In this document: piece after piece, positions 58,301 to 64,000 of the stretch | Layout: each line of letters opens with the position of its first letter | Position numbering within the stretch: position 1 is the first letter of the stretch | Origin: Myxococcota bacterium | Lineage (GTDB): Bacteria > Myxococcota_A > SURF-8 | Direction: 5' to 3' | Length of the DNA stretch: 64,000 nucleotides | Assembly (NCBI GenBank): GCA_963674735.2 | Contig: CAXXQS010000003.1 | Coordinates: 64,001-128,000 of the forward strand | The notes under the pieces: model-generated | What the model was told of the DNA's origin: nothing | Seen by the model: only the letters and a program-made list of their open reading frames with translations | Database searches by the model: none | Made by a program: the position numbers and the translations under genes

Positions 58301-58402
58301 GACGCTCAGGGTTTTTACCGCGACCAGACCGAAGATGATAATCGCCAGAGTCAGCATGGTGATCATGACGGGATTACGCAGGGATAGCCGGGACAGAAAC
58401 AT
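55319..58402 (-). CDS. RND efflux transporter permease (AcrB/AcrD/AcrF family)
   Basis: 1027 aa; YPGA....IE..I...LE, GILTDDAIVVIE, KNSILLVD, RLRPILMT. Confidence 0.96.
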   Translation of the reverse strand: MFLSRLSLRNPVMITMLTLAIIIFGLVAVKTLSVELLPTMDFPVITVTTIYPGANARTIEEDIVKKLEDSIGTLNDIKHIDSTAIDNVGIIIVTFQDYVEGPIATQNVRDKVATVKSDLPDDADDSIIEQFDINAQAVMSLLLKAPSGIKLSEVTRLADKRIKTRLQSISGVGSVDIYGGREREIRVLLDPFKLNQLNLSPLDVVQLMKSKSVDIPAGSIKVLDNSLELSVRSIGEVETLPEINQMPLIAVGPNTLRLKDVARVEDGLEEEESASFLDLTPAVALKVKKQGSVNQVTMSEEIKAEIAKIEAQLPEGYSIEIIGDQAPFTRAAVESSVGDVFIGALMAMLIIYAFLMNTRAALIVAVSLPTSIIGTFLFVKVAGLSLNIMTTLALSISVGILTDDAIVVIEAIFRHIKKGKNKIRAVIDATNEVGLAVVSAELALICVFSPTAVMSGMAGTFFHDFGLTVVAAIIISMTVSFTVAPLLASRILKEEKKDLLFYRIMDRFLVWLENKYASGVSWALGHRAMVIVIAILLFVGGLQIAGLLPSAFFPNVDRGEFDVVVELDSESSIDRSQAVSSEIVEILSKYDWESFAFTTIGGGTRKEKHLARMRVMMKPKETRSINQEEAMTLVRERLAPVMKKYDAKVSISYVKAEGMETAPVQLNLVGTNFTDLKQASTQMIAFMEADGGFTDIIESDKGYKKEIRIQFNHDKMTDLGINPAQTGLAVRSLIDGEKISGINDETGEEIEIKAYLDDAYQQLDYLRSLPMRGTGGQMVRLADVAEITYGNKLVEINRIDRSRKIGVKSGLAPGYTIGFQAEKLENFAAQNFPPGVELKMAGDAEHMKESFTSLSLSLLAAIFLIYIVLSSQFNSFIHPFTIMTALPFAFTGAVASLYTFNQTLSVMSFIGIIMLMGIVTKNSILLVDYALQLTRGGMETVPALVESSRTRLRPILMTAGGTLVGMTPVVLSTANAAEIKHSMGFAIMGGLLFSTCITLFVVPVFFSLLQRFTRQPSPETLEELAKL

Positions 58403-58451
58403 CGCTTTCTCCTCGAGTCAAGCGTTTAGTGTTTGGATTGTGTGTTTGTGT

Positions 58452-59555
58452 TTAGGCTTCCACCGCTTCCACGGCTTCTCCGGACTTGATGCTGGAAATA
58501 TCTTTGATGACGAGGGACGGGATATCGCCGATGACCTCCAGACCCTCCTCAAACGTGAAGCCGATGGACACGGCGCGAGGGGTTACGATACCGTTTTCGA
58601 TGGTGAAAACCTGCCCCATGCGATTGCCGGTGGTCAACACGGCCGTTGAAGGGACGATCACGCGCGGGCGCTCGGGGGTGTGGATCGTGGCCATGGCGAA
58701 AACGCCGGCGGGAATGTTGCCTTCGGTGTTATCGATATAAGCGATCAGGCTGAATGTTTTCATGGCGCTGATGCTTTTACCCTTGGAGTCGATGGCCGCC
58801 TTGACCCGGCGGTTCAAGGTCGGAATGTAGAATTCCACGGCATCTCCCTGCTTGATTTCGCCGAAAAACATCTCCGAAATTGCGAACGAAGCCTTGAGAC
58901 GGTCGATTTTTTCGATGGTGGCGATATCGCCGCCGCCGGGCATGGTGCTCATGACATATTTGCCGAGCGGAGCCAGTTTGCCTGTGATGACGCCATTGAA
59001 CGGTGCGCGAACGGTTGCTTTGGCGAGCTTGCGTTGCAGCATTTTTACGTTATCTTTGGCCGCCTCAACCTGCTTTTCCAGGGCGGTTTTCTGGGCCTGA
59101 ATGCCATCGAACTGGCTCTGCGGAATGCTGCCGCTTTTCAGAAGAGCCTGCATACGTCCGAAGTCCTTCTCGACACTCACATATTGAGCCTCAAGCGCCG
59201 CCAAACCGGAATTGGCCTGTGCCAGGCTGATGCGGTAGTCGATGGGGTCCAGGGTGGCGATCGGGTCACCGGCCTTGACCAGCTGGTTTTCATTGACATG
59301 CCACTTGACCAGTTGGGCCGTCACTTCGGATGTGATGACACCTTTTTCTTCCGGCGACAGGGTGACGCCTTCGGTAATCGTCAAACCCAATGATTTCGTT
59401 GAAGGTGCGATGACGAGTACTTCCTTGATCACCTCTTTTGGGGTCGTTTGTTCAGCTTCGGCCCCCGCGGTAGACCGGCAACCTACCGATGTGGAAACGA
59501 GGATGGCCATGAATACGGCGATTGCCAACCAGGATGTGTGTGATTTGACGGTCAT
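58452..59555 (-). CDS. RND periplasmic adaptor (membrane fusion protein)
   Basis: SVGC lipobox, VKAGD.IA.LD lipoyl half, coiled-coil hairpin, VRAPFNGVI, VP..AV. Confidence 0.93.
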   Translation of the reverse strand: MTVKSHTSWLAIAVFMAILVSTSVGCRSTAGAEAEQTTPKEVIKEVLVIAPSTKSLGLTITEGVTLSPEEKGVITSEVTAQLVKWHVNENQLVKAGDPIATLDPIDYRISLAQANSGLAALEAQYVSVEKDFGRMQALLKSGSIPQSQFDGIQAQKTALEKQVEAAKDNVKMLQRKLAKATVRAPFNGVITGKLAPLGKYVMSTMPGGGDIATIEKIDRLKASFAISEMFFGEIKQGDAVEFYIPTLNRRVKAAIDSKGKSISAMKTFSLIAYIDNTEGNIPAGVFAMATIHTPERPRVIVPSTAVLTTGNRMGQVFTIENGIVTPRAVSIGFTFEEGLEVIGDIPSLVIKDISSIKSGEAVEAVEA

Positions 59556-59586
59556 ACCTAATTCTCCTATATACGAAAAATCCGTG

Positions 59587-60984
59587 CTAAAAAAGTTTGA
59601 TGGAGTCGAGGGGTTCGCCGATGGCCTTCAAGAAAGTCGCTTTGGCGATGAAACATTGATGGACGGCCGCGCTGTGGTTGTTCCGGGCCTTTGCCAAGGC
59701 GGCCTCGGAGTCGAGCGTATCCGCAATGGTTCCCATCCCCTGGGCCAGGTTCTGAGCTTCGATCTGGAAAGATTCCTCCGCTTCGGTCAGAGCGGCCTCG
59801 GTTACTTCCAAGGTTTGAAAGGCCGTTTGAACATCGATGCGTGCTTTGCGGATCTCCAACCCGATCATGCGCTCGGCATGCTGGCGCAGATGTTCGAGTT
59901 GGCGTTGTGTTTGGCGGGCTTTCTCGATTCCGTAAAATGTCGATCCCCATTCCCAGGCCGTCCATTCCAGGGTCAATCCGCCGAAGAAAGCATCCGCCTT
60001 CCCCATTTTGATGCCTTCGGTGTGTTTGTAGGCGCCGACCAGCGCGAGGTTGGGGAACATATCGGCAATCGCGACCTTGCGTCCGCGGTCGGCCTGCTCG
60101 TCGCGCAGACGAAGCTCGGCCAGTTCCTGGCGTTCGGCCAGTCCCTGCTCGATGGCTTGGGGTAGTGAGCGACTTGGAGGGGCTGGTCGCAAATCGGCGG
60201 TTGCAGCCGGCTGATAGTCGGCGTCCATGTCGACACCCATCACGGCTACCAGATTGGTACGAGCCAGGTCGAGCTGAGATCTGGCTAGAATCAAGCGGCG
60301 GTCGGCGTCGGCAAGCGCGACACGCACCTTCAGCTGGTCGTTTCGAGCCAACAGGCCCTGGTCGACGAATGATTTCACGACACGTGCTTGCTCGTTCAGA
60401 CTATCGACCGATTTCTGGGCTGTGTCCAACTGGGCCTGAGCTTGCAGAACTTGGAAATAAGCCGATACAACCTGCAGAATGGTGTTTTGCCGGGTGGACT
60501 GCGATTGCGTTTGGGCTACGTCGCGATTCAGAGAGGCCACCTTGTAACCTTGATGAATTTGATAGAGTTGGTTAAGTGGCATGGCCACGGTAACTTGTGT
60601 TTCGCTGGTTACCTGATCCTGAATTTTCGTCGGTTCCGAGAGTTGTTCCATCACATCGACGAAGGCCATTTCATAGGGCGTCGCCGGAGCGGGTAGGGCG
60701 GAGAGATCGCCCGAGCCGTCACTGAGCGACAAAGCCGAAGCTTCGTCGAAAACCATGACGTTGCTGCTGACGCTGAGCGTTGGTCCGTAGTGGCCGCGTG
60801 CTTGCTTACGAGCCGCATCGGCGGATTTGACGGCGTTTTTGGAGGCCATCAACTCGGGATTGTTTTCGAGAGTGAGGCGAATGGCTTCATCGAGGGTCAA
60901 TTCGACGTTGCTCGACCATCCGATGGATGGGAGCATTAAACCGAAAAACAGAACGAAAATAAACACATTGCGGTGCCCAATCAT
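59587..60984 (-). CDS. TolC-family outer-membrane efflux protein
   Basis: LTLDEAI..TLENNP.L, V..AYF.VL, GL....D.L, R.EL..L repeats; start 60984 or 61017. Confidence 0.93.
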   Translation of the reverse strand: MIGHRNVFIFVLFFGLMLPSIGWSSNVELTLDEAIRLTLENNPELMASKNAVKSADAARKQARGHYGPTLSVSSNVMVFDEASALSLSDGSGDLSALPAPATPYEMAFVDVMEQLSEPTKIQDQVTSETQVTVAMPLNQLYQIHQGYKVASLNRDVAQTQSQSTRQNTILQVVSAYFQVLQAQAQLDTAQKSVDSLNEQARVVKSFVDQGLLARNDQLKVRVALADADRRLILARSQLDLARTNLVAVMGVDMDADYQPAATADLRPAPPSRSLPQAIEQGLAERQELAELRLRDEQADRGRKVAIADMFPNLALVGAYKHTEGIKMGKADAFFGGLTLEWTAWEWGSTFYGIEKARQTQRQLEHLRQHAERMIGLEIRKARIDVQTAFQTLEVTEAALTEAEESFQIEAQNLAQGMGTIADTLDSEAALAKARNNHSAAVHQCFIAKATFLKAIGEPLDSIKLF

Positions 60985-61101
60985 GCGTGGTCCCTTTACC
61001 TTATTGTTGTGCGTCAATCCAAATCCGGGTCGGCGAGTATCGCGAGCAATCCGGTGAGTTATGGTCGATAATGTATCATATCAAGGTGCGAATTTCCTAC
61101 T

Positions 61102-61404
61102 TCAGTTTGTTGGGTTGCAGTGGATTTCATGTAGATTCCAAATCGAATGGTCGATCATTCCATCGCTGGAAAGTCGGTCGCTCAGCAGAAACCCAAGCTT
61201 GCTTTTTGACGGGGTATTATTACTTTGCCAGATCAATACCACCGCCAAGTTGGACTTAAAAACGGAATTATGCATGAGCTGGATATCTACTAGGTTTTCC
61301 TGCTCGGCTTCCATCGTGGCTTCCAATTCCTTGGGGAGGGTTTGTAAAAGCCGTTTGATACGTTCTTCCGATGCCAGTATGTGAATAATTTCGTTCCATT
61401 TCAT
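61102..61404 (-). CDS. Small hypothetical protein leading the efflux operon
   Basis: 100-aa ORF MKWNEII...KSKLG..L...L...G.IDHSIW; start set at ATG 61404 because 61461 lies inside the sigma54 motif. Confidence 0.65.
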   Translation of the reverse strand: MKWNEIIHILASEERIKRLLQTLPKELEATMEAEQENLVDIQLMHNSVFKSNLAVVLIWQSNNTPSKSKLGFLLSDRLSSDGMIDHSIWNLHEIHCNPTN

Positions 61405-61456
61405 GGCTTTACCCTCAGCTAAATTATCGCCATGGGGGCGCTCTTGCAATGTAATT

Positions 61457-61472
61457 TGCAAAACCGGTGCCA
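61457..61472 (-). promoter_or_regulatory. Sigma54 (-24/-12) promoter
   Basis: TGGCAC-CGGTT-TTGCA, perfect consensus on minus strand. Confidence 0.85.
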
Positions 61473-61529
61473 GATGCTGAATGGGAAAAGTGCTGTAAAC
61501 TTAGTAGGTTTAGGCGGGGCGGGCGAAGG

Positions 61530-61568
61530 CTGTCATATGAGACAGGACGTGGCTGTTTTATATGGCGG
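61530..61568. promoter_or_regulatory. Candidate tandem upstream activator sites
   Basis: Dyad CTGTC-ATATGA-GACAG (61530-61545) and related CTGTTTTATATGGCGG (61553-61568), 60-95 bp upstream of the -24 box. Confidence 0.5.
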
Positions 61569-61575
61569 AATGCTG

Positions 61576-62046
61576 TTAATAGTGGTGGATTGCGAGTTGA
61601 TTTCCTGAACGATCATCCGTCAATTCGACGAGTGCTGCCAGTAGATCGGATTTTGTGTAGGGGGTCGTGAGGATCGCGCTTCGTTGGTCGATCAGACCGC
61701 CGTAGATGTGGATTGGCGCTTCGGCTGAAAGCAGAAACAGAAAGCGCGAGTGGGGATAGGTTTCACGGAGTCTTTTCAGTGATTCCGCGACGGAACGTCC
61801 GAGCGGTAATCGATCTCGGATGACAAGCTGTTCGCAAGTGTCTGTTGATGGTGGTGTGTCGGGTATGTGGTGTCTTGGCAAGGGCCAGGTAACGGGAAAG
61901 CGTTGCCGGATCAGCCAATGGGTCAAGCTTAGAGCCCGGTCGGAGTCGTCCAAGTCGATCAGGATGGGCAAACCGAGGCAACCCTCCGACGACGCTGGGG
62001 TGGCGGATATCGGAACGGGGTCGGTTTCAAACGAAATCGTTTGCAT
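61576..62046 (-). CDS. Hypothetical protein, possibly degenerate receiver-like fold
   Basis: ILIDLDD, LVIRD.LP, FLFLLS, LTTPY...DL pattern follows REC secondary structure but lacks the conserved Lys. Confidence 0.5.
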   Translation of the reverse strand: MQTISFETDPVPISATPASSEGCLGLPILIDLDDSDRALSLTHWLIRQRFPVTWPLPRHHIPDTPPSTDTCEQLVIRDRLPLGRSVAESLKRLRETYPHSRFLFLLSAEAPIHIYGGLIDQRSAILTTPYTKSDLLAALVELTDDRSGNQLAIHHY

Positions 62047-62082
62047 GGTTTCCCTGCTTCAGCTGCCGACATTCCGGGATCG

Positions 62083-63327
62083 TCAGGCCGCTTCCTGGAC
62101 GTGACGCGCCGGGGCCGGACGCTGTTTGGCTTTGCCGGGGGCGGCGTTTTGAACGTTTAGCCGCGATTCGGCGTTTAGACTATAGCTGCGTCCACGCCAT
62201 TCCACTTCACGTTTGAACAGAATCGATGCGTAGATGACAGGCGAAATCAGCATCAGGACTATCGGCATGATGAGATGTTGCAAGGGTAATCGTGCACCGC
62301 CGTGACTGTGGTGCAGTCGGGTGACACTCAGGGCCACGCCGAGCGGAGCCAGCAGAAAAAGGACGGTGGCCGTCAAGCTTCCCAGAGTTGCGGAGACGAT
62401 GGTGCCAACGACACCCAGCCAGAAAAGGATGCCCGTTTCCCAACCGAAACGCTTGAACGACCAGCCCGGAAGACCGGAACGCGAAAAAGCGATCCAGCGA
62501 ATATATAAGCGCCAGAAGGCCGGCCAACTCATGCCCTCCTGAATGATGCTGACCGGGTGGGGGGACATCTGGTTACGCAATTTGGCCTGGTGAACTTGTG
62601 CGCCGATGTACATATCGTCCACCAGCTGCCCACTCGCCACCTCAAGACCGCCGATGCGTCGGATGGCGTAGCGGGTCATGACCATGAACTGTCCCATGAT
62701 GAACGGGAGGCTGCCGTCGTTGTCGGCGGCGACGCTGCGGGCGGCCGGACCGTACATGCCGTTAAGAAGCAAGGCGTAACCGGCGTCTCCGGCCGTGCGG
62801 GTGGGCAAGCTGACTTCCACCGGGGCGAAAGCCGAACCGGCGGCGTTGACGACCAGTGTTTCGACTAGTCGAGTCAGCGCGTCACGGTCGGCGCGCACGT
62901 CGGAATCGACAAAGGCGATGAGTTCGTTGTTCGCTTCACCGTAAGCTTTGATCATGGCGTTCAATTTGCCGGTCTGGTTGGCGGGCGGTTGACCGCAAAA
63001 CAGGATGTCGCCCTTAATTTCACGTCCGGCGGCTCTCAGCTTCGCGATTTCGTCGCGCACCACCGGAACGCCCGGTTCCCGTTCGTCGTCAAAAACAAAC
63101 AACGTTTCGGTTTCTCCGGGGTAGTCGAAGTCGAACGCGGCACGAACATTTTCCGCCAGGCCGGGGTCGAGCCCTTTGATCGGGCGGATAATGGAAACCG
63201 AGGGATAAGCCAGCAGGGGCTGCGTTGCGGATTTTCTTCGGCGACCCCTTTCGAGGTTTCGATGAAGCGCGAACAAGGCAACGGCCGAGGCAATGGCACT
63301 CACGATGAGGAAAAAGCTAGTTGGCAT
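62083..63327 (-). CDS. GT21-like glycosyltransferase (ceramide glucosyltransferase / HpnI family)
   Basis: N-terminal TM, SIIRPIKGLD, KLN, FVDSD, MGQFM...R..I..IGG, LVDD, RW, V.WRG..Y; ATG 63327 with GGAGG. Confidence 0.88.
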   Translation of the reverse strand: MPTSFFLIVSAIASAVALFALHRNLERGRRRKSATQPLLAYPSVSIIRPIKGLDPGLAENVRAAFDFDYPGETETLFVFDDEREPGVPVVRDEIAKLRAAGREIKGDILFCGQPPANQTGKLNAMIKAYGEANNELIAFVDSDVRADRDALTRLVETLVVNAAGSAFAPVEVSLPTRTAGDAGYALLLNGMYGPAARSVAADNDGSLPFIMGQFMVMTRYAIRRIGGLEVASGQLVDDMYIGAQVHQAKLRNQMSPHPVSIIQEGMSWPAFWRLYIRWIAFSRSGLPGWSFKRFGWETGILFWLGVVGTIVSATLGSLTATVLFLLAPLGVALSVTRLHHSHGGARLPLQHLIMPIVLMLISPVIYASILFKREVEWRGRSYSLNAESRLNVQNAAPGKAKQRPAPARHVQEAA

Positions 63328-63350
63328 AGCACACCTCCCTGCTTGGTCGG

Positions 63351-63965
63351 TCAATTCAGCATATCGCGTAGGTTTTCATATAGCTGGGGGAGTTCGGAGG
63401 CGGTCCCGGGACGAACCAGCCAATATGGCAACAGGCCACCCATGTCGACCATGGTCTGGAAGCGAACTTCGGTTCCCTTTCCATCGGCCAGGGGAGTCAG
63501 TTGCCAGAGTCCCCAGTTGGTCGTGACGCGCACCAGGCCCTCTTTCGGGCGCGGACCTTTATCGGTGACGGCTTTATAGGCGATCGAGGTGGTCCCGTTT
63601 TTTCGGCTCCACTTGACGAGCAGGACGTAGTCGCGATCATCGATCACGGGTAGATTCAAGTGCTGATAGACCAGCATCCAGTTGTCGCCGCGTTTGAGAA
63701 TCCGGCTGTCGCTGACGCGCTTGATGCTTTCCACTTGGGATTCATAATCCAATAACGCCTCTGTAATGCGCTCGGGAGTGGCTTCGATGACTCCCCGGGC
63801 GGCAACGTGGACGATCTGTTTGGATTCCTTGTAATAGATGTCGACGCCTTTGGCTTTGTCGATCCACTCATATCCCGCTTCGACCATGGAGGTGGTGGGT
63901 CCGGTGAATTTGGGTTGCGCATAGGCGCTGGAGGAAAGAAAAAGCAACATCACCAGCGCCGACAT
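63351..63965 (-). CDS. Secreted START/SRPBCC-domain lipid-binding protein (start may lie beyond window end)
   Basis: Signal peptide (AYA-Q), W.....GV.IY, LPVIDDRDYV, VRV....G.W.L.P, DMGG.LP.WLV; frame stays open to 64000. Confidence 0.85.
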   Translation of the reverse strand: MSALVMLLFLSSSAYAQPKFTGPTTSMVEAGYEWIDKAKGVDIYYKESKQIVHVAARGVIEATPERITEALLDYESQVESIKRVSDSRILKRGDNWMLVYQHLNLPVIDDRDYVLLVKWSRKNGTTSIAYKAVTDKGPRPKEGLVRVTTNWGLWQLTPLADGKGTEVRFQTMVDMGGLLPYWLVRPGTASELPQLYENLRDMLN

Positions 63966-64000
63966 CGTAAAAGAGGTGACAGGATAGCGGAGTATTTTGG

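Overview
A 64-kb bacterial chromosomal window, moderately GC-rich and densely coding, most consistent with an anaerobic deltaproteobacterium-like organism (it mixes myxobacterial-type envelope genes with Desulfobacterota-type respiratory genes). Left part (1-22 kb) is largely core/envelope: partial GT2, an orphan RecA-fold (ImuA-like) gene, acs, GNAT, lysC, comEA, tsaE, nnr, a strongly degenerate pdxJ, a CaiB/BaiF CoA-transferase, LtaS-like and GDPD enzymes, murJ, a TSP3-repeat/OmpA barrel protein, infA and a membrane sulfatase-like protein. Middle (22-44 kb) is accessory: 5'-nucleotidase lipoprotein, hybrid sensor kinase, CocE hydrolase, Spinster-like MFS, a TPP enzyme, an unusual C45/Ntn-hydrolase lipoprotein with a Cys-rich insert plus partner barrel protein, an SDR epimerase, a glycyl radical enzyme with no activase and a YdcF lipoprotein. 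43.7-52.6 kb is a chimeric tmcDCB-hmcABCD electron-transfer operon (16-heme cytochrome; hmcD is a 45-aa ORF missed by the ORF track) led by an HTH/Cys-cluster regulator. Right end: double-HTH MerR plus B12 radical SAM, a sigma54-driven RND efflux operon, and a START-domain / ceramide-glucosyltransferase-like pair. No rRNA, tRNA, CRISPR array, integrase or transposase was seen. All calls are by eye from motifs; no searches were run.
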